Part shown: one piece after another, positions 19,640-29,471 of the stretch
Layout: each line of letters starts with the position of its first letter
How positions within the stretch are numbered: the first letter of the stretch is position 1
From: Clostridia bacterium
GTDB taxonomy: Bacteria; Bacillota; Clostridia; RGIG6154
Direction: 5' to 3'
Assembly (NCBI GenBank): GCA_017626145.1
Contig: JAGAJK010000044.1
Coordinates: forward strand, 24,424 to 88,423
Length of the DNA: 64,000 nt
The notes under the pieces: model-generated
The model's input: only the letters and a program-made list of their open reading frames with translations
The model's database searches: none
Told to the model about the DNA's origin: nothing
Translations under genes and position numbers: made by a program

Positions 19640-20580
19640 TACCATTTATCCTCTTCACTATTCTCGGGAATAACTGCTTTCATAGATGCAATAGCCACTT
19701 CAAGCTGACTGTCATCAGGTTCATTGGTGGTTATTTTCTGAAGCCACATACCCGGAGCACTTATTATTCTTGTAAATTTATTGTCGTGTCTTCCGGCAAA
19801 CTTGATGATTTCGTATGAAATACCTGCCACTACAGGCATAAGTGCAAGACGTGTAACTGTTCTTATTAAAACATTATCCCACTTCAAAAACGAAAAACAT
19901 ATAATACTTACTATCATAACGATAAATAAAAAGCTTGTTCCGCATCTTGGGTGAAGTCTTGTTTTAGTTCTTGCATTTTCAACAGTCAGCTCCTCACCTG
20001 CTTCATAACAGGCAATCGTTTTGTGCTCGGCACCGTGATATTCAAAAACTCTTTTTATATCCTTAAGTCTTGCCGCAAGTGAAAGGTAAATTAAGAATAT
20101 AGCGATTCTTATTACACCCTCCATAAGGCTTTTAACTATAGCTGCAAGTGTGCTTGTCTCCTTGAAGATACTGGTGATTAAGCTTACTATCCACGTAGGA
20201 AGCAATATAAACATACCAATCGAAAGGCACATTGAAAGTATAACGGAAAAATAAATAACTATATCCTTAAGCTTATCTCCGAAAACCTTCTCAAGCCACT
20301 TATCAAATTTTGTAGGCTCTTCCTCTTCAAGGTCAATCTGATCTGCCGAAAACATTAATGCTTTAACTCCCGTCACCATTGAACGGAAAAATCCCACACA
20401 GCCTCTTATAATGGGAACCTTTGCAATTTTACTTTTAGACGCCTTTGATACGGGGCGTACATCCGTTAATATTTCACCGTCCGACTTACGGACTGAAATT
20501 GCCATATTGTCAGGTCCTAACATCATAACACCTTCCATAACCGCCTGACCGCCTATGGAGGTTTTACGTTTACAGCTCAT
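19639..20580 (-). CDS. DUF1385 membrane protein
   Basis: IGGQAVMEGVMM, YHGAEHK and HPRCGTSF motifs; usual position before prmC. Confidence 0.92.
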   Translation of the reverse strand: MSCKRKTSIGGQAVMEGVMMLGPDNMAISVRKSDGEILTDVRPVSKASKSKIAKVPIIRGCVGFFRSMVTGVKALMFSADQIDLEEEEPTKFDKWLEKVFGDKLKDIVIYFSVILSMCLSIGMFILLPTWIVSLITSIFKETSTLAAIVKSLMEGVIRIAIFLIYLSLAARLKDIKRVFEYHGAEHKTIACYEAGEELTVENARTKTRLHPRCGTSFLFIVMIVSIICFSFLKWDNVLIRTVTRLALMPVVAGISYEIIKFAGRHDNKFTRIISAPGMWLQKITTNEPDDSQLEVAIASMKAVIPENSEEDKW

Positions 20581-20659
20581 AATTTTTCTCCTGTATTATT
20601 AATGTGTTTTAAGTATAGCAGATAAATGTGAAAAATTCAAGTTATATAAAAAAAAGGGC

Positions 20660-20753
20660 AAAAAAAACCTGCTTCAACAAGCAGGCAAAAAAAAGATAGG
20701 GATGAATATATAAAAAGATATTAGCGATTTGTAATAAGCTTTCCTTATTACAT
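20660..20753 (-). ncRNA. Candidate small RNA
   Basis: TATAAT at 20759-20764, 5' hairpin TGTAATAAG/CTTATTACA, pyrimidine-rich linker, terminator CCTGCTT/AAGCAGG with a U8 tract; no ORF. Confidence 0.45.
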
Positions 20754-20855
20754 TTATTATTATAGTTTGTATTTGTGAATAAATTGTGTTTATTTTGTAA
20801 ACTTTTCAAAAAACGTAAAAAAAGTTAACCGTTTTTTCAAGAAATTGTCAAAATA

Positions 20856-21386
20856 TTAGCCCCTTAGAAAATATTTAAAAGTAGTTTCTACTGCATTATC
20901 CCTCATCAGGCATTTGCCATAAATGTCCAGAAACCCTTTATTTAAAAGGCTTTTTGTTCCAAATTCCTTTAAAATCCACAAAAAATTTTTTTCTTCATCG
21001 CTGCATTCGCACAATACAAGATAATAATTTTTGTTATAAGTAAAAATGCTTGAAAAACCGCTGAACGAAGCAAAAAAATTATCAAAGACAAAAAATATTT
21101 CTTCAATATCCTCGAATTTGTAAACAAATTCGTCTGTTTGTTCATCTTTTTTTGTAACACTAACCAGTAAATCACCTTCAACTAATGGGAAAATCTGAAA
21201 AATCAGTCTTTCTTTTTCAAGTGAAAGATGGATTTCGTTATTCAATATGGAGATTATGTCATTTATATATGTATTGCATACTTGTTCGTCAATCAGCATT
21301 TTATCAATGTTTATTTTTTCATCAAGGAGTTCTTTATGGGTAAAATACAGGTTAAGTCTCCGATTATTAATTTTTACAAGCTTCAT
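20856..21386 (-). CDS. mecA: MecA-like ClpC adaptor protein
   Basis: MKLVKIN...LTHKEL-type N-terminus, VYKFEDIEE, YYLVL and EFG...YGKCLMRDNAV. Confidence 0.7.
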   Translation of the reverse strand: MKLVKINNRRLNLYFTHKELLDEKINIDKMLIDEQVCNTYINDIISILNNEIHLSLEKERLIFQIFPLVEGDLLVSVTKKDEQTDEFVYKFEDIEEIFFVFDNFFASFSGFSSIFTYNKNYYLVLCECSDEEKNFLWILKEFGTKSLLNKGFLDIYGKCLMRDNAVETTFKYFLRG

Positions 21387-21513
21387 TTTTTCTTCCTCCC
21401 TCATCCCGTAATTAAATTATACATCAAAACAAAACACAAATAAATGCAAAATTATTGTATTATTTTCCATTTTGATATATAATAACAAATAAATGGAAGA
21501 AATGAGGTAGCAT

Positions 21514-22254
21514 ATGAAAATACTTATAACAGGTGCATCGTCAGGAATAGGTATGGCAATGGCTAAGCTTTTATATAAGGATAATGAAATCATTGCTGTT
21601 GCAAGAAGTAAAGAAAAGCTTGACATATTAGAAAAGACAACCGGATGTGTAACCGAAGTCTGCGATGTTTCGGATTTTTCGCAGTGCAGAAAGCTTTTTG
21701 AAAAATATACAGATATTGATGTTTTAATAAACAATGCCGGATTCGGTGATTTAGGTTATCTTAATGATACAGACCTTGATAAAGGCATAAATATGATTAA
21801 TACAAATGTAACGGGTCTTCACGCACTTACAAAAATGTATCTTGATGTGATGGTCAAACGAAATTCGGGTTATATTTTAAACGTAAGCTCAATTGCATCA
21901 TTCTTTCCCGGCCCGTTAATGGCGACCTATTATGCAACAAAAGCATATGTAACACATCTTTCAAAAGCAATTTCCTATGAGCTTAAAAAGCAGAAAAGCA
22001 ATGTCTACATTGGTGTACTTTGCCCGGGGCCCGTTGATACAAATTTCAATAAAGTTGCAAACTGCAAATTCAATTTGAAATCGCAGACAGCCGAAAAGGT
22101 TGCCATAGTTGCAATTAAAAATATGTTTAAAAGAAAAACAGTTATATGCACATCTTTCGGCGTAAAATTGGCACGTATCGGCTCGAAAATTCTGCCGGAC
22201 AGTATTTTAATGAAATTCGCGTATATGTCACAAAGAAAAAAGTATTATAAATAA
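21514..22254 (+). CDS. Short-chain dehydrogenase/reductase
   Basis: TGASSGIG, NNAG and YYATK motifs. Confidence 0.92.
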   Translation: MKILITGASSGIGMAMAKLLYKDNEIIAVARSKEKLDILEKTTGCVTEVCDVSDFSQCRKLFEKYTDIDVLINNAGFGDLGYLNDTDLDKGINMINTNVTGLHALTKMYLDVMVKRNSGYILNVSSIASFFPGPLMATYYATKAYVTHLSKAISYELKKQKSNVYIGVLCPGPVDTNFNKVANCKFNLKSQTAEKVAIVAIKNMFKRKTVICTSFGVKLARIGSKILPDSILMKFAYMSQRKKYYK

Positions 22255-23066
22255 TTATTTAATGATTTTTTGTATTCCACAGGCGTCAAGCCTGTGGTTT
22301 TTTTGAAGAAATTCGAAAAATAATGGCAATCGTTAAAGCCAAGACAATACGCAATTTCGGTCATACTCATAGCAGTTGACTGTATAAGCTCCTTTGCATA
22401 TATCGTCTTTTTGGAAAGAAGGTACTGGTAAGGTGTTATTTTGTATTCTGCTTTAAAGCTACGGATTATATGTGATTTACTGCAGTAAAACTCCGCTATG
22501 ATTTCATCAAAAGTAACACTGTAATCTGTAATCATATCTATTTTTCTCTTAAGGCGGGTTGCAAGTGTTTTGACTGCAGCAGTATTAACTGTATTCACGT
22601 GTTCTGACATTTTCTGCACTATTTTCATAAAAATTGCAGAACACTGCAATTGTGCATTTTTAAAGGAATCGGAATTGCGTGCTGTTTCAACAAATTCCTC
22701 AAAAATATTATTAAGATTCAGATTTTCAATATGATAAATACCTTTAAGAGAATAAACCTCCATAAGTGAATTTACAAGCTTACCGCTTATATTAAACCAT
22801 ATTTTCTCCCACGGTTCGGCATTATCAGAATAGTAAAAATGATTCGTGTTGGCAGGAAGAATATATATATCCCCACTACAAGCAACAAAAGATTCGCTGT
22901 TAACCCAAACAATTCCCTTCCCTTTTCTTATATATTCAATACACCATACAGGTGAATCCGGACGATTAATTTTGTACGTTCCGTCACAATACGATATTCC
23001 GCATATCTGAATATTAAACACATCCTCCCCTGTCACAATCGGGAAATGAACGATATCCTCATACAT
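22245..23066 (-). CDS. AraC family regulator
   Basis: Cupin N-terminus and C-terminal double HTH (IAYCLGFND..YFSNFFKK.TG.TP). Confidence 0.92.
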   Translation of the reverse strand: MYEDIVHFPIVTGEDVFNIQICGISYCDGTYKINRPDSPVWCIEYIRKGKGIVWVNSESFVACSGDIYILPANTNHFYYSDNAEPWEKIWFNISGKLVNSLMEVYSLKGIYHIENLNLNNIFEEFVETARNSDSFKNAQLQCSAIFMKIVQKMSEHVNTVNTAAVKTLATRLKRKIDMITDYSVTFDEIIAEFYCSKSHIIRSFKAEYKITPYQYLLSKKTIYAKELIQSTAMSMTEIAYCLGFNDCHYFSNFFKKTTGLTPVEYKKSLNNYL

Positions 23067-23172
23067 ATCAATATTTCACACCTTAACCTCAATAATTTCT
23101 ATTTATTTTTATATTTTACAATGATATATTATAAATGTCAATGAATTTTGACAGAAAGGTGATTGATGTTAT

Positions 23173-25116
23173 ATGAAAAAATTAAGATATCCTGCGGTGC
23201 CTTTAATTACCGTTGATCCATATTTCTCGGTATGGTCATTCTCGGACCTGCTTTATGACGACACAACAAAGCACTGGACAGGCAGAACACACGGTATCCT
23301 CGGATTAATTACAATCGACGAAGAGGTTTACCGCTTTATGGGGAAAACCGGTGACAAAGATAATTTTTCCGTTATCACTCAAACAGATGTTACAGTTTAT
23401 CCTCTAAGCACGGTTTACACCTTTGAAAATGAAATTATAAGACTTACACTTAAATTTATGACACCTCTTTTATGTGATGATTTGCATCTTTTATCAAGAC
23501 CTGTTTCTTATATTGATTATAAAATTGAAGTACTTGACGGAAAGAATCACACTTTTGAACTTTTCTTCGGATTAAACTGCGAAATGACCGTTAATTCCGA
23601 AAATGAAAAGGTAAGTGCAAAAACCTATGAAAACGGAGTTTTCTGCGGAAGAGGCGATGTTGATGTATTAAAGCCAACAGGCTACAAGGGTGACGTAAAG
23701 CTTGGCGGAGATAACCTTTGCATAAATTACGGATATCTTCACCTTTATTCAAACTGCGACTTTATACCGCATATCATTAAAATTGATACAAGCTCAAAGC
23801 TTAAAGTCACCAAAGAAATCAATGTAACCGAAAATGTTTATATAGCTCTTGAAAAAGACTTTAAAACCGACAAACACGAGAAGGGATTTGTTTGTGTTGC
23901 TTACGACGATATTCATTCAATCGAATATTTCGGAGAACATATTGATGCTTTCTGTAAAAAAGACGGTGACACCTTTGAAGTGATTTGCAAAAAGGCTCTT
24001 GACGAATATGAAGAAATCTGCTCACGGGTTGAAAAATTTGAAACCGATTTACTGAAAACTGCAAAAAAAATAAGCCATGAATATGCGGATATTATATCCC
24101 TTGCCTACCGTCAGGCAATCGGAGCGCATAAGCTGACATACCATAATGGTGAAATTCAGTTTCTTTCAAAGGAATGCTTCAGCAACGGCTGTATCGGCAC
24201 TTTAGATGTTACATATCCATCTATCCCTCTGTTCCTTATGTTAAATCCGACTTTAGTTGAGGGTATGCTTAATCCGTTATTCAGATTTGCACGAAGCTCA
24301 AAGTGGGAATTTGATTTTGCTCCTCACGATGTGGGACAGTACCCCTTTGCAAACGGACAGGTTTACGGTATTGACGATAACGGCAATCAGCTTTTAGTTC
24401 ATCAGATGCCTGTCGAAGAGTCTGCAAATGCGATAATTTGCGTTTATGCAATATGTCATTTTAAAAACGATTTTTCGTATTTTGAAAAAAATAAGGATTT
24501 GCTTGAAATATGGGTTAAATACTTGCTAAAATATGGTCTTGACCCCGAAAACCAACTTTGCACCGATGATTTTGCAGGACATCTTGCTCACAACTGCAAC
24601 CTTTCAGCAAAGGCTATTATGGGTATTTGTGCTTACGGAAAGCTTCTTGAAAATTCAAATGCTGCAGACTTTAAATTTTACATTGATAAGGCAAAAGAAT
24701 ACGCAAAGGAATGGGAAAGAAAATCACTTAGCAATGACCATTACCGTCTTGCTTTCGATAAAGAGGATTCCTGGAGTATTAAGTACAATATTGTATGGGA
24801 TAAATTGTTTAAATGGGGCATTTTTGACGATGATGTATTTGAAAAGGAGGTAAGCTTCTATCTGACACAAATAAAAGAATACGGGCTTCCGCTTGATAAC
24901 AGAAGCGATTACACAAAATCGGACTGGCAGATGTGGTCTGTATGCCTTACAGATAATAAAGAGTACCAAAATAAAATTATTTCGGCAATGTGGAAAATGC
25001 TTGATGAAACGAAAAGCCGTGTCCCCTTTACCGATTGGTATTTTTGCTCCGATGCTCTTCAAAGAGGTTTTCAGAACAGAACCGTTCAGGGTGGTCTTTT
25101 TATGCCACTATTATAA
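23173..25116 (+). CDS. DUF5127/DUF4965/DUF1793 glutaminase-GtaA-like protein, probable glycan-active (alpha/alpha)6 enzyme
   Basis: PAVPLITVDPYFSVWS, SKECFSNG, APHDVGQYP, MPVEE, TDDFAG and TKSDW motifs. Confidence 0.8.
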   Translation: MKKLRYPAVPLITVDPYFSVWSFSDLLYDDTTKHWTGRTHGILGLITIDEEVYRFMGKTGDKDNFSVITQTDVTVYPLSTVYTFENEIIRLTLKFMTPLLCDDLHLLSRPVSYIDYKIEVLDGKNHTFELFFGLNCEMTVNSENEKVSAKTYENGVFCGRGDVDVLKPTGYKGDVKLGGDNLCINYGYLHLYSNCDFIPHIIKIDTSSKLKVTKEINVTENVYIALEKDFKTDKHEKGFVCVAYDDIHSIEYFGEHIDAFCKKDGDTFEVICKKALDEYEEICSRVEKFETDLLKTAKKISHEYADIISLAYRQAIGAHKLTYHNGEIQFLSKECFSNGCIGTLDVTYPSIPLFLMLNPTLVEGMLNPLFRFARSSKWEFDFAPHDVGQYPFANGQVYGIDDNGNQLLVHQMPVEESANAIICVYAICHFKNDFSYFEKNKDLLEIWVKYLLKYGLDPENQLCTDDFAGHLAHNCNLSAKAIMGICAYGKLLENSNAADFKFYIDKAKEYAKEWERKSLSNDHYRLAFDKEDSWSIKYNIVWDKLFKWGIFDDDVFEKEVSFYLTQIKEYGLPLDNRSDYTKSDWQMWSVCLTDNKEYQNKIISAMWKMLDETKSRVPFTDWYFCSDALQRGFQNRTVQGGLFMPLL

Positions 25117-25168
25117 GAAATACAGTGCTGTAAATTTTGCCTTTTGAATTTAAAATGCTGTCTCACAT

Positions 25169-26026
25169 TTAGTGAGACAGCCCCTTTTTATATTCTGTAA
25201 CAGTTTTACCTGTGTGTTTTTTAAATAAACGACAGAAATACTTTTCATCGTCAATGCCGAGTTGTGATGACAATTCTGAAGTATTGATGGTTTTGCTTAA
25301 AAGTATATCAGTAGCTAAATTTATTTTTGTTTTGTTTATATAATTAATGATTGAACAATTGTTAGCTTTTTTGAAGATACGGCAAATGTAACTTTCACTA
25401 AGATTTAAGAAGTTCGCAATATCTTTCAAAGCAATTTTTTTATATATGTTTTCTGAAATATAATTTTTTATTTTTTGGCAATATAAATAATCGGAATGAG
25501 AAATACCCAGTTCTGCCCCGACGTATTTTAGTGAATAATCATTCAGATATGAAAAAAGTTCAAATAAAATTGATGTAACTTTCAGATTGTTTTTTGCGGT
25601 AAAATTATAAATAATATCTTTAATTAAATTTTTACATTCCGCTGATTCTTCAAGAGGTAATGATTCAGATACAATTACAATGTTTTCTTTTTCTGAAAAA
25701 TTTATAATATCACAATCTTCTATAATTTCGATATCAGATAATCCACTTATCCCTACTGTTATATGAGTGTGGGTTGTGTTGCAGGGCATACCATTTAACG
25801 TTTCGTTATATATGTTGCAATTTACTGTTTTTTCTTGGTAAATTCTTTTATCACGATTGGCTTTTTCAAACACAAGAGTTCCTTGTTCTACATAAGTAAA
25901 TTCAGCACAATTACTATTGTGCAATTTGTGGAGCACAATATTGTAATTATTTGTGCTGTATTGGTGTGCAAAAAGAATTTCGGGTATTGAATTTAGTGTA
26001 ATTTTATAAAATTTCATATATATCAC
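25169..26026 (-). CDS. AraC family regulator, divergent from GRE1
   Basis: C-terminal HTH (YICRIFKK, YFCRLFKKHTG). Confidence 0.9.
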   Translation of the reverse strand: MIYMKFYKITLNSIPEILFAHQYSTNNYNIVLHKLHNSNCAEFTYVEQGTLVFEKANRDKRIYQEKTVNCNIYNETLNGMPCNTTHTHITVGISGLSDIEIIEDCDIINFSEKENIVIVSESLPLEESAECKNLIKDIIYNFTAKNNLKVTSILFELFSYLNDYSLKYVGAELGISHSDYLYCQKIKNYISENIYKKIALKDIANFLNLSESYICRIFKKANNCSIINYINKTKINLATDILLSKTINTSELSSQLGIDDEKYFCRLFKKHTGKTVTEYKKGLSH

Positions 26027-26132
26027 CTTTTATATAATATCAAAATAGTCCACTAATGTCAAGCATGTGTGTTTACAAATTCTGAAGTATTATGTATATT
26101 GTTAATACAATCTTAATTAAGGAGGCGCTTTT

Positions 26133-28244
26133 ATGGAAAAACTGGAATTATTAAGAAATGAGCTAACAAATAAATTCAATGGCAAGTATATATCGTTATA
26201 CAATATTAATATGTATGCAGGATTAAAAGAATGTTATAATGATACACCTCTTACGGCTAAAGCAAAAGCAACTGCGAATTTGTTTAGAATTCATAAAAAG
26301 ATAGTTTATGAAAATGATATAATTCTCGGTTCTGTTGGAGGTAAATATGCTAAAGATATTAACGAATATGAACTAAAACAAGCAAGTAACGTCGTTAACA
26401 ATTTTGGTGTAAACACCTTTAACACCAACAAAGACCACTTTGCCCCCGATTATGAATATGTACTTATAAAAGGAGTAGGCGGTATGATTGCCGATATAGA
26501 TTCATCTCTTGAAAAGCATAAGGATGATAGTGATAAGGTTGAATTTCTTACTGCATGTAAAATCACTCTTTCAGGTTTTTCGGATATGATTAAAGATTAT
26601 GCCAATGAAGCAAGACGAATGGGAAAAATGTTGGAAGCTAAGGTGTGTGATAACATTTCTTTTGATGCACCGAAAACGTTTAGGGAAGCCTTACAGCTTG
26701 TATGGTTATGTCATATAAGCTTCAGTTATGAAGATAGAGGTGCTATGGCTCTTGGCAGAATGGACCAATATCTTTACCCTTTTTATAAAAAAGATGTTGA
26801 TAAAAATATTACAAAAGAACAAGTTTGCGAACTTTTGTCCTGTACGCTCTTAAAACTTGTGGAAGGTAAATATTTATCAGAAATAGATACTGTAAACATT
26901 TGTATAGGCGGAACAAAAAAAGATGGAACTGATGCAGTAAATGAGCTTTCTTATCTTATTTTAGAAGCGGTAAAAAATTGCAAGGTATGCGGACCAAATC
27001 TTTCTGCAAGAGTTGGTGAAACCACACCTGATGAGTTTTATGATAAATCTCTTGAAGTTATAGGTACAGGTATTGGTTATCCTGCCCTTATGAACAATGA
27101 AGTAAATATAAAAGCTCTTTCAAGATATGGATACGATTTGGAAGATTGCAATGATTTTTGTATGGTTGGATGTGTAGAAAACTTTTTGCCGGGCAAACAA
27201 CCGGCATGGTCAGATGGTCGTTTCAATTCGCCCAAATATCTTGGATATGCATTAAATAATGGTGTTTGTATGTTAAATGGCATACAAGAGGGTATAATAA
27301 CCGGCGATGTTGATACATTTGATACAATGGATAAATTTCTTGAAGCTTTTAAAAAACAACTTGCTGCAGGGGCAGATAAATATGTTGCGTTCTTTAATAA
27401 TGAGAATGCAAGATATAATTATAGGATGTATTCACAACCATATTTATCTTGTTTTGTACCAAGCTGTATAGAAAGAGGTCTTGATATTAGATGCGGCGGT
27501 ACAAAATACCCATCTGTACACGGTGTATGTGCGATGGGCATAGCAACTGTAGCAGATAGTCTGGCTGCTATTGAAAAAATAGTTTATGACGAAAAAATAT
27601 TAACTCTTTTTGAATTAAGAGATATAATTAAGAATAATTTTGAAGGCAGGGAAGATATACGAAAAAAACTTCTTAATGCGCCTAAATATGGAAATAATTT
27701 AGAGTTTGTGGATAAGTATGCAAAGTGGTTTGTTGAAGTTCACGACGAAATATTTTTCAACAAACGAACACCTGATGGCGGAAGATTTTATATTGGTATA
27801 GCTTCTAATACGGCTAATATAAATATGGGGCTTGAGGTTCCTGCAACCCCTGATGGCAGAAAAAGTCAAACTCCTTTAAGTGATGCGGCTTCCGCTATGA
27901 GAGGAATGGATAAAGACGGGTTAACATCACTTCTGACATCTTTATCAAAACCTGATTATTCAAAATCTGCATTAGGTACTGTTGTTAATGTTAAACTCAG
28001 CAATACAATATTTGAAGACATATCAAAAAGAAATATATTGCGGGAAGTTATAAAAATTTATTTTAAAAACGGAGGTCAGGAAATTCAAACTAATTGTGTA
28101 TCAAGAGAGATGTTGATTGATGCCAAAAAACATCCTGAGAATTATGCTGATTTAGTGGTAAGGGTATCCGGTTTCAGCGCCTTTTATACAACGCTTAGTG
28201 AAATGGTGCAAGATGATATACTTGAGAGGCTGGAACATAAATGA
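26133..28244 (+). CDS. Glycyl radical enzyme 1 (PFL-like superfamily, substrate unknown)
   Basis: Cys loop VGCVE, Gly loop LVVRVSGF, LGRMDQYLYP and ATPDGR motifs. Confidence 0.92.
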   Translation: MEKLELLRNELTNKFNGKYISLYNINMYAGLKECYNDTPLTAKAKATANLFRIHKKIVYENDIILGSVGGKYAKDINEYELKQASNVVNNFGVNTFNTNKDHFAPDYEYVLIKGVGGMIADIDSSLEKHKDDSDKVEFLTACKITLSGFSDMIKDYANEARRMGKMLEAKVCDNISFDAPKTFREALQLVWLCHISFSYEDRGAMALGRMDQYLYPFYKKDVDKNITKEQVCELLSCTLLKLVEGKYLSEIDTVNICIGGTKKDGTDAVNELSYLILEAVKNCKVCGPNLSARVGETTPDEFYDKSLEVIGTGIGYPALMNNEVNIKALSRYGYDLEDCNDFCMVGCVENFLPGKQPAWSDGRFNSPKYLGYALNNGVCMLNGIQEGIITGDVDTFDTMDKFLEAFKKQLAAGADKYVAFFNNENARYNYRMYSQPYLSCFVPSCIERGLDIRCGGTKYPSVHGVCAMGIATVADSLAAIEKIVYDEKILTLFELRDIIKNNFEGREDIRKKLLNAPKYGNNLEFVDKYAKWFVEVHDEIFFNKRTPDGGRFYIGIASNTANINMGLEVPATPDGRKSQTPLSDAASAMRGMDKDGLTSLLTSLSKPDYSKSALGTVVNVKLSNTIFEDISKRNILREVIKIYFKNGGQEIQTNCVSREMLIDAKKHPENYADLVVRVSGFSAFYTTLSEMVQDDILERLEHK

Positions 28245-28313
28245 CACTAATTTAATATTCACCCTTTCTCTGATTGTGAATTGGAAAATACAGCACTACA
28301 GATGAAAATGTGA
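28241..28313 (+). pseudogene. Possible eroded stub of a GRE-activating enzyme
   Basis: ATGA-coupled start gives MTLI*; the shifted frame reads FNIHPFS, like the activase N-terminal IFNIQRFS motif. Confidence 0.3.
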
Positions 28314-28361
28314 ATATAAAAAGTTAAATAACTAATTTGTAATATAAGGAGAAGAAGTGCT

Positions 28362-29468
28362 ATGATTAAAAAATTAAAAGCAGCGATATTTACAGGTGCA
28401 AACAAACCTTTTGAAATTAAAGAGTTTGACATAACACCCCCCAAAAAAGGTATGGCAAGATTAGATCTTGAAGCAAGTGGCGTGTGCGGTACAGACGTAC
28501 ATTTTCACACAGGTAAACTTTTGTTGGAGCCACCAAAAGTTATAGGTCACGAATATGTTGGCCGCGTGGTCGATATATCAGAAGAAGATAGCAAAAAATT
28601 TGGAATAAATGCAGGAGATGTTGCGATAGTTGATATAGCGTGTCCTTGCGGAGAATGTAAACTTTGTAAAAGCGGTGACGATGCGAATTGTGTTAATATG
28701 GCGGTAACAAATGGAGGTAATCCTTATGAAGTTCCGTATTTTCATGGCGGTTTTGCTGAAACTACTTATGCACCAATTGAAAATCTTATAAAACTACCTG
28801 AAAATGTTGACCCGTTGGCAGCGTGTGTTTTTGCTTGTCCCGGGCCTACAGCTATTCATGCATTTAATCTTGCTAAAAAAGCAGGTGTTGATTTGTCTGA
28901 TGTTTCATTGGCGGTTGTTCAGGGAACAGGTCCTGTAGGCTGTATGGCGATAGCTTATTTAAAAGCATTGAATGTTAAAAAAATATTTGCACTTGTTGCG
29001 GATATAACTAACGATAATTTAAATCTTGTTAAAAAACTTGGAGCGGATGATATAATTGATGTTAAAAATAAGTCTGATGCTGAAATAGGAGAATTAATTA
29101 AAAATGCATCTGATGGTCTTGGTGCTGATCTCGTTTTTGAAGCATCAGGAAATCCCAAAGCAATTCCCACCGGGTTTGAAATTCTTAGAAACAGAGGCGT
29201 TTATCTTGTTCCGGGACAATATTCGAACAGTGGCGAAATTAGTATAATGCCGCAACTGATAACATTTAAAGCACTTCATATTATCGGGTCATCCCAGTAC
29301 AATATATGTGACGTTAAAGAATATGTTGATTTTATATCAAAGGATTTTAAACTTCAGGAAATAATAAAAAGCCTTGCAAGTTGTTATACAGTGAGCGATA
29401 TAAATGTTGCTTTTGATGACGCAAAAGCACGAAAAAATATAAAAACTGTTCTTGTGAAGGAGGGGTAA
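28362..29468 (+). CDS. Zinc-dependent alcohol/polyol dehydrogenase (MDR)
   Basis: GVCGTD, GHE, CGECKLCKSGDDANC and GTGPVG motifs. Confidence 0.92.
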   Translation: MIKKLKAAIFTGANKPFEIKEFDITPPKKGMARLDLEASGVCGTDVHFHTGKLLLEPPKVIGHEYVGRVVDISEEDSKKFGINAGDVAIVDIACPCGECKLCKSGDDANCVNMAVTNGGNPYEVPYFHGGFAETTYAPIENLIKLPENVDPLAACVFACPGPTAIHAFNLAKKAGVDLSDVSLAVVQGTGPVGCMAIAYLKALNVKKIFALVADITNDNLNLVKKLGADDIIDVKNKSDAEIGELIKNASDGLGADLVFEASGNPKAIPTGFEILRNRGVYLVPGQYSNSGEISIMPQLITFKALHIIGSSQYNICDVKEYVDFISKDFKLQEIIKSLASCYTVSDINVAFDDAKARKNIKTVLVKEG

Positions 29469-29471
29469 AAG

